A DNA stretch of 64,000 bases, taken from IMG/VR virus record IMGVR_UViG_3300031521_000009; one strand, given 5' to 3'. The position numbers were made by a program, and so were the translations under genes. Shown here one piece after another: positions 50,001-59,248 of the stretch. Origin of the DNA: a virus. How positions within the stretch are numbered: position 1 is the first letter of the stretch; the number at the start of each line of letters is the position of its first letter. The notes beneath the pieces were generated by a model. The model made no database searches. It saw only the letters and a list, made by a program, of their open reading frames with translations, and was not told the DNA's origin.

Positions 50001-50361
50001 AGTAAAAATATAGAAATATTGATAAACTCAAAGATAATAATAAAATAGCACTCAAACAGTAAAATATATATGGCAATTTTATATTAACCTTATATAAATC
50101 TACTAAGACTAAAATTAAAATATCCGTGTAGATTAATATTCTATGCCAGGAACAAAATCTAAATGTATAAGATAATGCTAACATACCTATATGAAATAAA
50201 TAACAATGACAAATTATAGTCGTATGTGAAGTATATGCTGTATAATCAATAAATCCAAAAGCTTCCCCAGTCATACCTATAGCTAAATAAACTGTAAGTA
50301 TAACTGGGAATAACTTTACGAAGTAAAGAGATACATATCTTGATATATGTTCAAGATTCAT
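49936..50361 (-). CDS. multi-pass membrane protein (about 4 TM) with an FRFCSWHR motif
   Basis: Four hydrophobic stretches and a polar C-x2-H-R motif. Confidence 0.75.
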   Translation of the reverse strand: MNLEHISRYVSLYFVKLFPVILTVYLAIGMTGEAFGFIDYTAYTSHTTIICHCYLFHIGMLALSYTFRFCSWHRILIYTDILILVLVDLYKVNIKLPYIFYCLSAILLLSLSLSIFLYFYYGCYAKKNNHTTLQKSYKSNR

Positions 50362-50366
50362 AATTC

Positions 50367-50876
50367 TTATTTGCTAGGTGGGAATGTTGCACCACCTGAG
50401 TCCGGGCTTTTTTTATCATCAGCTTGATCAGAACTTTCTTTTTTAATTTTCATTTGTTTCCAATTATTTGGTTGTGAAAAAAATTTAAGAGTAATTAAAG
50501 AATTCATAGGTATTCCTTTTGTAGAACGAACTGTTGATTCTTTAATCTCTACTAATGAAATTTTACGTTCAATTTCAAAATCTTTTTGAAGTTTTGCTTG
50601 AAGAATTTTATATTCTTTTTGTTCATCTAATGAAAGTAATAATATACTATCATCATGTTGAGCATTTACTTCTTTCCCTTTTTCTTGAATAATATTTTCT
50701 AATTCAATTAAACGTGGATTAATTGTTTTTTGAATTTTATTATTTTCTTTTTCAAGAATTTCAAAGTTATCTAAGATAAGACAATTTAATTCAGTATTAT
50801 CAATACCTTTAGCAGAAAAAATTGTCATTAAATTACTAATCTCAAAAAACTTTACTCTAATTTCTCCAATTTTCAT
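50367..50876 (-). CDS. hypothetical protein downstream of the tail fibre (possible assembly chaperone) with a peptide-like C-terminal extension
   Basis: 169-aa helical protein; an internal in-frame ATG at 50453 gives MKIKKESSDQADDKKSPDSGGATFPPSK. Confidence 0.6.
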   Translation of the reverse strand: MKIGEIRVKFFEISNLMTIFSAKGIDNTELNCLILDNFEILEKENNKIQKTINPRLIELENIIQEKGKEVNAQHDDSILLLSLDEQKEYKILQAKLQKDFEIERKISLVEIKESTVRSTKGIPMNSLITLKFFSQPNNWKQMKIKKESSDQADDKKSPDSGGATFPPSK

Positions 50877-50923
50877 GATGGTTTTTTTTTATTTATTGAT
50901 TTATATATAAGAAATTTTTATTA

Positions 50924-51421
50924 TTAAGTTGGTGCAGATACTAAATCAGTACAATAATATGTTACTCCATCTACAACAATATATGTTCTAAAATAATATA
51001 TTTTATTTGCTATTAAAGGAGTACTGGTATTAATAGTAAGTGTTTGATATGTTACACTTATATCACTATTTGTACGTGTCCCTATAATATAATCATTATA
51101 AGAACGTGTAGGATTAGGAGCTGAATTCCAACAAATACCATACACTATAGAGCTACTAACTGGTGCTGTAAAAGTCATCCAATAAGCAATAAAAGTAGAT
51201 AAGTTAGTAACTGTTGCATTAGAAATACTTGTATTTATTGTAACAGTTATATGTTTATAGTTTCTAAAATTATATAAACTATTCTTAGAACCAACATATA
51301 GAGAATCAAATGTACCAGTAGCTGCTGTAAACAATTCAGTCAAACTTCTATCACTTGAATCTCCATATATTTCAGTAACAACATCTCTTTGATTAAATGT
51401 AGTTATATCAGGAACAGCCAT
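50924..51421 (-). CDS. tail-fibre-associated protein with an FN3/Ig-like C-terminal domain
   Basis: YGICWNSAPNPT...LIANKIYYFRTY...GVTYY resembles the Bacteroidota FN3-like repeat. Confidence 0.55.
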   Translation of the reverse strand: MAVPDITTFNQRDVVTEIYGDSSDRSLTELFTAATGTFDSLYVGSKNSLYNFRNYKHITVTINTSISNATVTNLSTFIAYWMTFTAPVSSSIVYGICWNSAPNPTRSYNDYIIGTRTNSDISVTYQTLTINTSTPLIANKIYYFRTYIVVDGVTYYCTDLVSAPT

Positions 51422-54400
51422 ACTTATCCTCCAATTGTTTTATTCTTGATTCTGCGTTAGCTAATTTGGCTACCAATAAATCAAAATATTTCACTTTATA
51501 TTCTCCTTCTATATCTCCGACTACAAATTCTTCAAATCCGCTACTTAGCAAATCTTGCGCTATAACACCAAACCTAAGTTCGTCTAAATTATTTTTAAAA
51601 TTAAACTCGACTAAGTCAATAGAGCTATAGTCTTTTAGTATTGGTCTTATGTTAGTCTTTAAGGTTCTATCTGATGATAAATTAAAATTAGTTGCACTTA
51701 CGTCACCACTAAATGTTCCTGTAGTCGCTCCAGTAATTGCACCACTAATATTTGCACTACCATTAAAGGATTGTCCCCAAATAGTTCTAGCTGTTTGCAA
51801 TATAGTAGCAGTACCAGCATTACCCGTTATAGTAGTTTGTGTGGCTAACCTTGAATCATTACCTTGACAAAATGTTCCTGCTATTGTACCAAAGGAACCG
51901 ACTTGTAAGATACCTCCAGTACCTGTTATAATAGGTAAACTAGCAACAGTTCCTATCAATCCTCCACTAGTTATATTTCCATGAACATGTGTAGTTAATG
52001 AATAAGAGCCTGACGCTTGTTTGTTATTGATCTGACCTTGCAATTTTTCAATCGCTGATTCTAAAGTATCGGTGTTCAAAACAGTGCTATTTGCACCAAC
52101 CGTAAAGCCTGTAATTACTTGTGAGAATAGATCGGTAATTCCATAACCGATAACTGTAGTTGGCCGGATACTAATTTCTGACCATGAGTAACTAGGTTTT
52201 GTCGCTGATTTAGCCCATGCAGAAACATCAGATGCTACACGAGCATCTGAAAGTCTTGAATCATTTCCTTGACAAAATGTACCTGCTGTTGTACTGAAGG
52301 AACCCGCTTGTAAAATACCGCCAGTACCAGTTATAATTGGCAAAGATGCTATTGAACCTATATATCCACTATTAGTTATATTACCATGAGAGTGAGTATT
52401 CAATGAGTAATTAGAAGGAATAAAATTTCCACTAGTCCAAACCGTATTCCATGCACCCGTAGACCTTCTTTGATACATGTTGCCATCGCTACTGAATCCT
52501 AATTGATGGAAATATGTGGAAGTGCCATTATAAGTATCAATAGTCAATACTGCATTAGCATTATCTACTGTAGTAAATTTATTAGTTGATGCTGCACCAA
52601 GTCTTGAATATGATAATAACTTATCTACATTAAGAGTATTTAAATCCAATGTTGGCATACTTGCAGAGTTGCTTAAAGAGCTATGTGTATGGATAGTTGG
52701 TGAATAATAACTTCCATGCTGTCCATCTAGTAAATCAGCATTAAAATCACTAACCATAGTAGTAGATGCTACAGTTAATGGTGCTGTTCCAGTTGCTATT
52801 GTTGATTGAAGTTGAGTAGCATTGACTGTTGACAAAAAGACTCCCCTACCATCACCATATAATTTTACATTAGGGGTAAATACAGACGAAGATATTATAC
52901 CCAACTGCCATATATTTGTTCCCGCTGACCCAATTGAAGTATTTAAAACCTCCCCAGTCATATATCTATTTACCCACCAGTCAGTAATTCCTTGTGTTCT
53001 AGGATATATAGCCATATTTGCAGCATATCCAATATCCCCAGTTATCCTAATATTTGCTGCTTGATTAGAAGTACCTTGATTTTGAATATAATTAGACATA
53101 CCACTAGGTAAACTAGTTAACCCATTACCACTTCCTATAAAATTAGTTGCACTGACTGTAGATGCAAAAGTTGCTGCTCCATCGACTTGTAGATTAGTAT
53201 TTGTAGATGATATAAATGAACCATCTGTATTACATTGTCCTAACCTAATTACCGAGCCACTACCTCCTATTCCCCATATATTAGATGAAGTCCAATTTCC
53301 TATAAATGCAGCAGAATTATATAGATAAGTTCTATAAACTCCATTTATATAACTATTAGCAGCTTGCGCTGAACTATTTTGATTCTGTATTGCATCTGTA
53401 ATTCCATAGTTAGATAAAGTAGTTGGATGATTACCAGTATTCCATGGAGTATAACCTAAAGCAGTAGTAACCATTCCTGAATTGATACCAGTTATCCATC
53501 CACCATAGTTACCAAGATTATTATTAAATTGACTGAGATTAGTTGGAAAATCACTAACTTGTGACTTAGTAATGCTTATACCAGTAGATTTATTCCATGC
53601 CGTAAATACGGGATCTGTCTCAGTAAAACTAGATAGGTAGTTATGCGTATGAGTAGTTATCAGTCCAGTAAGAACCGATTCTACATTCTCCTTAGTTATT
53701 CCACTAATATAACTATTTGGATTTGATGCCAAGTAATAAGATGAGCTATCATAGCTTATGGTGGTTCCATTAGCCTTTACAAATCCAATTCCATTCAATT
53801 GTGGCTGTCCGGCAAGACTAGATAAAGTTTGGTCGCCAGTATTAGTACCACTTACTGCATTCAATGCTACAATATTTGAATGTATATCACTAGAATATGC
53901 AACATTACTTGCTGATGTAACTAAACCTTTTCCATTAACCGTTATATTATTAAAAGTACCTACATTAGCATTTACTGTTGCTAAAGTTAGTACAGTAGAA
54001 CCTATTACATCACCAGTATGCGTTGCATTACTTAATTTATTATTGAAAATATTCCAATCAGTAGAAGATAATGCTCCGGTAGTTATTGTAGAAGATAAAC
54101 CCAATGATATTGCTTGACCAGATAAAGAAAGACCATTACTTGTTCCTAGAGTAACAGCAACATGTTTATCATAACTTACTTTTTGTAATGCTGTTAATAT
54201 ACTATCAGTTGTTGATATTGTACCTGATGTTGCTACATAACCAGAAAGTATAGTATTTAATATATCTGTAATTCCATATCCTGCAACTGTTGTTGGATGA
54301 TTACTTACACTCCATTGTAATATGTTAGCAACATTTGAAAGACCTATATCTGACTTATTCAATACAACAGCACCTATGTGACCATTTACAGAAATAACTG

Positions 54401-55448
54401 CATCTGTATTATCAACTTTACCCCATGTATTTCCATTAGCAATTAACCAGTCACCAACTTGCCATTCACTAACAGAACCCATAGTAGTAGTGCCGGCTAC
54501 CGAAACTATATAATAATCACCATTAGATGTTGGAATAGAAGGTAATGAAGGTGTTCCATTTGATGCATCCCAAAATCCTTTATAATCCACTTGACCAAAT
54601 AATGATGTCGGAAGTTGAGATAAAGGAACTTTTGTATCATTTCCTAATGTAGCTAAACCATTTGCTACGCCCATTAATGATGGAGACAATTTGTTATTAA
54701 AAGTAATCCAATCTACATTACTTAGTGCACCATTTGAAGTACTAGACGAAAGACCCAATGATAATTGTTGATTATCTAATGAAAGGCCATTAGAAGAACC
54801 CAATGTAAGTGGATTATGGTTTTTATAGCTAAGCTTCTGTATCGCGGTAAGAACAGTATCTGATGGACTTATAGTACCTTCTGTTGCTACATATCCTGAA
54901 AGGTTAGTACCAAGAACTCTATTATATGTAAAATAAAGATTAGCTGCTTCAGTAACTTCGGAAGTAGTATATGATGGTTTAGAAGTAGAAAGAGCCCAAG
55001 TTGGAATATCTGTTATTCCAAAACCTTGGACTGTTGTTGGTTTATTTAATAAACCAGAGAATGTCAATTGGTGTAGATTACCACTAGCTTGTGAATGATC
55101 GTAAGCAATCTTACCTAAATCACCATAGTAAGCATTTATATGAAGATTGCCAAGAACTAAATTTTCGACTGGAGCAAATAAAACCCATTGTCCATTTCTT
55201 CGACAATAGAGTTGTTCGTCTGGAGCATCACCGATACCGCTAGTAAAAAATGTAGTTGAAGGTTCTACAATATAAGTAACATTTGTATCACTTAGAATAA
55301 CTTCAAATTGTTCTACGTTTTCAGTAAATATCACTTCGTAAGTGACAATTACATTATCCAATACCAATTCAAAGATTGCATTTTTAGCGTTTATGTTTTC
55401 TTCATTGTTTCCACTTGTTTCATCTACCGTAATAGAATAGATATCCAT
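51408..55448 (-). CDS. tail fibre / receptor-binding protein with a C-terminal peptidase S74 intramolecular chaperone
   Basis: 1346 aa, G/S/T/N-rich. Four PTTxxGYGITD-type fibre repeats, HxH motifs, and SSDRTLKTNI...FGVIAQD followed by a terminal coiled coil. Confidence 0.88.
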   Translation of the reverse strand: MDIYSITVDETSGNNEENINAKNAIFELVLDNVIVTYEVIFTENVEQFEVILSDTNVTYIVEPSTTFFTSGIGDAPDEQLYCRRNGQWVLFAPVENLVLGNLHINAYYGDLGKIAYDHSQASGNLHQLTFSGLLNKPTTVQGFGITDIPTWALSTSKPSYTTSEVTEAANLYFTYNRVLGTNLSGYVATEGTISPSDTVLTAIQKLSYKNHNPLTLGSSNGLSLDNQQLSLGLSSSTSNGALSNVDWITFNNKLSPSLMGVANGLATLGNDTKVPLSQLPTSLFGQVDYKGFWDASNGTPSLPSIPTSNGDYYIVSVAGTTTMGSVSEWQVGDWLIANGNTWGKVDNTDAVISVNGHIGAVVLNKSDIGLSNVANILQWSVSNHPTTVAGYGITDILNTILSGYVATSGTISTTDSILTALQKVSYDKHVAVTLGTSNGLSLSGQAISLGLSSTITTGALSSTDWNIFNNKLSNATHTGDVIGSTVLTLATVNANVGTFNNITVNGKGLVTSASNVAYSSDIHSNIVALNAVSGTNTGDQTLSSLAGQPQLNGIGFVKANGTTISYDSSSYYLASNPNSYISGITKENVESVLTGLITTHTHNYLSSFTETDPVFTAWNKSTGISITKSQVSDFPTNLSQFNNNLGNYGGWITGINSGMVTTALGYTPWNTGNHPTTLSNYGITDAIQNQNSSAQAANSYINGVYRTYLYNSAAFIGNWTSSNIWGIGGSGSVIRLGQCNTDGSFISSTNTNLQVDGAATFASTVSATNFIGSGNGLTSLPSGMSNYIQNQGTSNQAANIRITGDIGYAANMAIYPRTQGITDWWVNRYMTGEVLNTSIGSAGTNIWQLGIISSSVFTPNVKLYGDGRGVFLSTVNATQLQSTIATGTAPLTVASTTMVSDFNADLLDGQHGSYYSPTIHTHSSLSNSASMPTLDLNTLNVDKLLSYSRLGAASTNKFTTVDNANAVLTIDTYNGTSTYFHQLGFSSDGNMYQRRSTGAWNTVWTSGNFIPSNYSLNTHSHGNITNSGYIGSIASLPIITGTGGILQAGSFSTTAGTFCQGNDSRLSDARVASDVSAWAKSATKPSYSWSEISIRPTTVIGYGITDLFSQVITGFTVGANSTVLNTDTLESAIEKLQGQINNKQASGSYSLTTHVHGNITSGGLIGTVASLPIITGTGGILQVGSFGTIAGTFCQGNDSRLATQTTITGNAGTATILQTARTIWGQSFNGSANISGAITGATTGTFSGDVSATNFNLSSDRTLKTNIRPILKDYSSIDLVEFNFKNNLDELRFGVIAQDLLSSGFEEFVVGDIEGEYKVKYFDLLVAKLANAESRIKQLEDKYGCS
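51846..52388 (-). repeat. duplicated ~46-aa fibre module (HGNIT...LPIITGTGGILQxGSF...AGTFCQGNDSRL)
   Basis: Copies at about 52251-52388 and 51846-51983. Confidence 0.85.
54030..54902 (-). repeat. duplicated ~73-aa fibre module (LSGYVAT...NGLSL...DWxxFNNKLS)
   Basis: Copies at about 54684-54902 and 54030-54249. Confidence 0.85.
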
Positions 55449-55450
55449 GA

Positions 55451-55807
55451 TTATCTTATTGTACTAATTGGTAATACTTCTCTTCTTCCTGGTGCAAAAC
55501 CGGTAATCTTTTTTCCACTAGCAAGAATAATATTAAAATCAAATTCATAATCTGCCGGTTCAGCAGTCATTACATGTTCCGGAATTATAATGAAGTTTGT
55601 TGAAACTTCTATTGATCCATCTTCTGTAGAATATTGCTTTCCCAATACATTCCCATTCATAAAATTCATAACGACATCAGCGCCTACCATATTAACTGGA
55701 GAACGTATCTTTTTAGTACTATCTGTCGGATCATCAACAAGTGTATTTATTTCAATTTTATATTCTGGTACTGTGGAACCAAAAAATACTGGGTCAAGGA
55801 CTATCAT
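55451..55807 (-). CDS. BppU-like fibre-attachment / adaptor protein
   Basis: 118-aa beta protein with a PVNMVGADVVM...YEFDFNI pattern, directly upstream of the fibre gene. Confidence 0.5.
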   Translation of the reverse strand: MIVLDPVFFGSTVPEYKIEINTLVDDPTDSTKKIRSPVNMVGADVVMNFMNGNVLGKQYSTEDGSIEVSTNFIIIPEHVMTAEPADYEFDFNIILASGKKITGFAPGRREVLPISTIR

Positions 55808-55811
55808 AATA

Positions 55812-56483
55812 TTATTCTTTTGCTCGTGGGAACTCTTCTGTAATCGTTATCTTAGCGACTTCCTTTTGATTCTCAAACATTGTTGCTGAGGACCGTTTCT
55901 TAATGGCATCCTTATTTACATTTGCCAATACCTTTACATAATAATCATACAAATCACTTGCTTGCTTTAAAGCATCAAGTCGCTCTTTTGTATTGGGAAT
56001 ATCTATTTCAACTTCATGAACCCGGTCTATCATTGTCTGACCATCTTCATCAAGTTCTTTATGTGTAACCTTAATCTTTTTTTTGATCATATGTGGCATC
56101 TTCTGTACCACCTCAGAGAACATATCAATATCCTCTTTTAATGTATCAAGCAAAATCTCATTCCGGGTCCTGGAATATTTCAAATAACCGTGAATACATT
56201 TCTGAACCCATTCGTTTTCCTCAAAATCACTAATCTTTTTATACGATCCAGTATGGCTTTTTACAGCTTGCATACGACGTTGTGGTAACGGTTGATTATG
56301 AAGATAAGAACGTTCTTCTCCAAAGACTTTATACACGTAGTAGATATAAGCCATAGCCTTATAAAAAAAGACTTTGTTAGTGCTGGTATCATAACGTTTG
56401 AAATCTCTGAACTCAGGCATCTGCATTGCCATCTCAGTAACTTTCACTACTGAATCCTCAAGATATAGAAAATCTTCTTGCAT
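55812..56483 (-). CDS. conserved hypothetical protein (223 aa)
   Basis: Clean ORF in the late operon; helical; a small-terminase role is possible but unsupported. Confidence 0.7.
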   Translation of the reverse strand: MQEDFLYLEDSVVKVTEMAMQMPEFRDFKRYDTSTNKVFFYKAMAYIYYVYKVFGEERSYLHNQPLPQRRMQAVKSHTGSYKKISDFEENEWVQKCIHGYLKYSRTRNEILLDTLKEDIDMFSEVVQKMPHMIKKKIKVTHKELDEDGQTMIDRVHEVEIDIPNTKERLDALKQASDLYDYYVKVLANVNKDAIKKRSSATMFENQKEVAKITITEEFPRAKE

Positions 56484-56486
56484 ATA

Positions 56487-56774
56487 TTAATAGTTTTTAT
56501 AAATGCCCTCACGATTAATAAACATCATAGCTTCTAAAACTCCTTTTAAAGCAACATCCAATGGTATCAACTCTTTTGAATGCATTATGTCAACCTCAGT
56601 AGTTTTCTCAGTAACATGCTTTACTTTGATACCTACCAAACGACTTACTCGTTTTACATTACCACCTTTGTCTTTTATCTCTTTGCTTTTGAATATCGCG
56701 TGGTCGACAACAAAGACTTTTTCTAAATTTGTAATATTCACAACAGGAATACCTGGCTTTATCCAATTTGACAT
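56487..56774 (-). CDS. hypothetical protein (95 aa, SH3-like beta pattern)
   Basis: WIKPGIPVVN...VFVVD...HSKELIP; preceded by a TAnnTTTG element. Confidence 0.65.
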   Translation of the reverse strand: MSNWIKPGIPVVNITNLEKVFVVDHAIFKSKEIKDKGGNVKRVSRLVGIKVKHVTEKTTEVDIMHSKELIPLDVALKGVLEAMMFINREGIYKNY

Positions 56775-56797
56775 ATTATATGTTTTTAAGTTATGTG

Positions 56798-56805
56798 CAA
56801 AGATA
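56798..56805 (-). promoter_or_regulatory. Bacteroidota -7 promoter element (TATCTTTG)
   Basis: TAnnTTTG ~24 nt upstream of the start at 56774, just after a terminator-like hairpin. Confidence 0.55.
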
Positions 56806-56821
56806 TAAATAGTTTTTGCAA

Positions 56822-56856
56822 AGAAGAGAAGATAGTATTTAAACTATCCTCTCTTT
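56822..56856 (-). terminator. hairpin / probable terminator after the SSB gene
   Basis: AAGAGAAGATAGT-6nt-ACTATCCTCTCTT inverted repeat. Confidence 0.55.
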
Positions 56857-56911
56857 AATTTACAATAGTGTTTAATTGACTGTTTTATTTTTGCGGGATT
56901 ACAGTAAACCC

Positions 56912-57343
56912 TTAATTAAAAGGCAAATCACTTCCCTCACCACTACCAACAGCTAACCCGCCAGTAACAAATGGCCTTTGTCCGCCAGTATTTGCATCAG
57001 GATAAACAACAGCACCGGCTGGTGGTGTCATACTATCATTGCCAGGAACAGACATGCCAGGAACATCTGCCGGAGCATCCGATTTTTGTATAGAAACAAC
57101 AGTAAGCTCATTGAAATATTTATCTTGCCATGGCTTACCTTTTGTTTCAATCTCACAATCAATATGCAATGTAGGATTAGCCAAGAAATACTCATGAATA
57201 TCAGTAAAGCATTTTACACTGAACTCAACATTATCAATCACACTCTTTACAATCCATGTACCAATTATATAAGGACCGTTCTGGCCGGAACCTTCATAAT
57301 TAGAAAAATTCTTTACCAACGCTATTCTTTGTACTACTTTCAT
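56912..57343 (-). CDS. single-stranded DNA-binding protein, DUF3127-like OB fold
   Basis: GKPWQDKYFNEL motif, a P/G/A-rich linker and an acidic-aromatic SDLPFN tail. Confidence 0.75.
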   Translation of the reverse strand: MKVVQRIALVKNFSNYEGSGQNGPYIIGTWIVKSVIDNVEFSVKCFTDIHEYFLANPTLHIDCEIETKGKPWQDKYFNELTVVSIQKSDAPADVPGMSVPGNDSMTPPAGAVVYPDANTGGQRPFVTGGLAVGSGEGSDLPFN

Positions 57344-58065
57344 TTCTTTGTTCTCCTTTTTGTTCTATTTTGAAATACCATTCTCTTCTCTTCATTTTCA
57401 ACTACTATATTCCATTCCCAACGGTAACGCATTACTTCATAACCATAGTTTACTGACAGAAGCAAATGGAATAGCCTATAAGCTTCGATAGGAACAGAAA
57501 CAGTACCATGATTCAATAAAGTAATCAACCACGTAGGAAGCATGTTTGCATTACTTATCTGACGTTCATTTTCAATATCAACATCACTGACAACTAACAC
57601 AGGTGCATTTTCCGGAGCAGATAACAAACCACTAATGATTTCTTCTTTTTCAGACAACTGTTTCGTAATCTCCAAATACATTTTCTGTTGAGTAACAAAA
57701 CCACTTCTATAATTACTTACCAATCCCTCTAATCCACCTAGCAACTTACGTAAATGAATCCTACCAAAATAAATCTCCCCACGAGTAATAGAATCAATAA
57801 ACTCGTCCAATCCCAAAACATCATTCTTATCACCATAAGAAAAACCAAAACTAAATAAATCATTCTTATCCCGATAAACCAAATGGGAATACTCTTTTAC
57901 AAAAGGAGCCTCAGCAGAACTAAATACTCTACCACACTTTTGACAACTATACAAATATCTCTCATTACCACGAGCATCTACTACACTACCATGGAACAAT
58001 GAACCTCGCGTATCACAACGCCTTACTAAGCACTTTAAAAGTGCACCTAATGAACGATTACTCAT
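57340..58065 (-). CDS. Zn-ribbon-containing hypothetical protein, first gene of the minus-strand region
   Basis: C-x4-C...YSCQKCG; 241-aa ORF with strongly G/T-skewed codons. Confidence 0.6.
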   Translation of the reverse strand: MSNRSLGALLKCLVRRCDTRGSLFHGSVVDARGNERYLYSCQKCGRVFSSAEAPFVKEYSHLVYRDKNDLFSFGFSYGDKNDVLGLDEFIDSITRGEIYFGRIHLRKLLGGLEGLVSNYRSGFVTQQKMYLEITKQLSEKEEIISGLLSAPENAPVLVVSDVDIENERQISNANMLPTWLITLLNHGTVSVPIEAYRLFHLLLSVNYGYEVMRYRWEWNIVVENEEKRMVFQNRTKRRTKK

Positions 58066-58091
58066 AAATTATTCTCTTTAAAATTATACCC

Positions 58092-58099
58092 CAAAGATA
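58092..58099 (-). promoter_or_regulatory. Bacteroidota -7 promoter element (TATCTTTG) heading the minus-strand region
   Basis: TAnnTTTG ~27 nt upstream of the ATG at 58065. Confidence 0.55.
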
Positions 58100-58314
58100 A
58101 CCAATAAATAAACAACTACCTAGTAACAATACTATTATAAAATACCATTAACAACATAACCAATCCAACGAAGAACATACCCTACACTACCATATACAAT
58201 ATACAAGCCCACCGTATACCCACTACCAAATTACGAAAGCCCTGGATACTCTCTAGTAACTCCCCCCGGTTAGACGATATAAAAAATTAATTACAAATTA
58301 AAAACAAAATTATT

Positions 58315-58677
58315 ATGAGCAAATTATTGTATGTAGCGACAAAAGCCGCTGAGTTGAAATTCGATCTTACTGACATTGCACCAACAACATTTGAAATCGT
58401 TGGACAATTTTATCGTGACGGAAGTCAAAAGAATGCAGCAGGTAAGCTGGTGAAAATCGAAGCAGCTGATGCTGACGTATCGAACAAAGACCTTCGTATC
58501 TGGTGTAACATGGCTATCGCCGGAATGACTGACAACTTCTCTCAAGAAGTAACTCGTATGAACTCTTGTGGGTTTGATACAGTCATTGACAAGAAGGAAG
58601 CTGCCAAAGGTATCATTAAGATTAAAGCAGGCGCTAAGATTAGCTGCTTAGGTGGTGTTATCAAATACAGCATGTAA
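58315..58677 (+). CDS. hypothetical early protein (120 aa)
   Basis: Strong A-rich start context, codon style of a highly expressed gene, and its own terminator. Confidence 0.8.
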   Translation: MSKLLYVATKAAELKFDLTDIAPTTFEIVGQFYRDGSQKNAAGKLVKIEAADADVSNKDLRIWCNMAIAGMTDNFSQEVTRMNSCGFDTVIDKKEAAKGIIKIKAGAKISCLGGVIKYSM

Positions 58678-58685
58678 GAACAAAC

Positions 58686-58714
58686 AAGGGAGATGTAATG
58701 TCTCCCTTTTTTTT
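58686..58714 (+). terminator. intrinsic terminator
   Basis: AAGGGAGA-TGTAATG-TCTCCC followed by eight T. Confidence 0.85.
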
Positions 58715-58824
58715 AATACTATTACCTCGAAATACTTGCTTGCTAGAGTTGTTGCGGACTGGCTTGTTTAAGTGATCTCTACGCGCGCGTTCATTATATT
58801 ATATACACATTAATACTTACTCTT

Positions 58825-59001
58825 ATGAAAGCTTCTTTTAAACATATTGCTGAGCATATCATATATGCCTTTATCTTCGGTGTTGCATTTATATTCTTTG
58901 CTACTCATACCTATATATATGGTAGAGCAATTCTTATTGGTGCACTGTTCTTCTTTGGACTACATGTTCATGAAGCTATTACTCATTATAGAAATAGATA
59001 A
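58825..59001 (+). CDS. 58-aa two-TM His-rich membrane protein (missing from the ORF track)
   Basis: MKASFKHIAEHIIYAFIFGVAFIFFATHTYIYGRAILIGALFFFGLHVHEAITHYRNR*. Confidence 0.65.
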   Translation: MKASFKHIAEHIIYAFIFGVAFIFFATHTYIYGRAILIGALFFFGLHVHEAITHYRNR

Positions 59002-59005
59002 TACT

Positions 59006-59155
59006 ATGAAACCAAAATATAATGACAAAGTTTGGAGATTAATAAATTTCCATTCTCAATTAAATGAGCAGGAACATACAAGACCTATATGGAGAGATAC
59101 TGCTGTTATCTTTATTCCTAAAGGTTCGCATAAGCGTCCTAATAAACGCAAATAA
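59006..59155 (+). CDS. 49-aa basic protein
   Basis: MKPKYNDKVW... begins 4 nt after the previous stop; it is the C-terminal half of track ORF 58847..59155. Confidence 0.55.
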   Translation: MKPKYNDKVWRLINFHSQLNEQEHTRPIWRDTAVIFIPKGSHKRPNKRK

Positions 59156-59161
59156 TACTAC

Positions 59162-59248
59162 TAATTGGTGGCGTTACTCGTGAGAGTAGATGCATTTGAT
59201 TCTATTGGTACCTCATTTCACCCAACAAGGTGTAGAAGCCATCAATTA
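59162..59248. ncRNA. candidate multi-stem structured RNA between convergent genes
   Basis: Outer stem TAATTGGTGGC/GCCATCAATTA encloses TACTC-GTGA-GAGTA, TTCTA/TAGAA and CACC-CAACAA-GGTG. Confidence 0.45.

Noticed and set aside
4135-56808. Numerous 60-237 aa ORFs antisense or out of frame within late genes (e.g. 38133..38846 +)
   Set aside because: They are shadow ORFs of long minus-strand genes, with no initiation context or protein-like motifs.
58847-59155. Track ORF of 102 aa
   Set aside because: Better explained by two ATG-started genes, 58825-59001 and 59006-59155.
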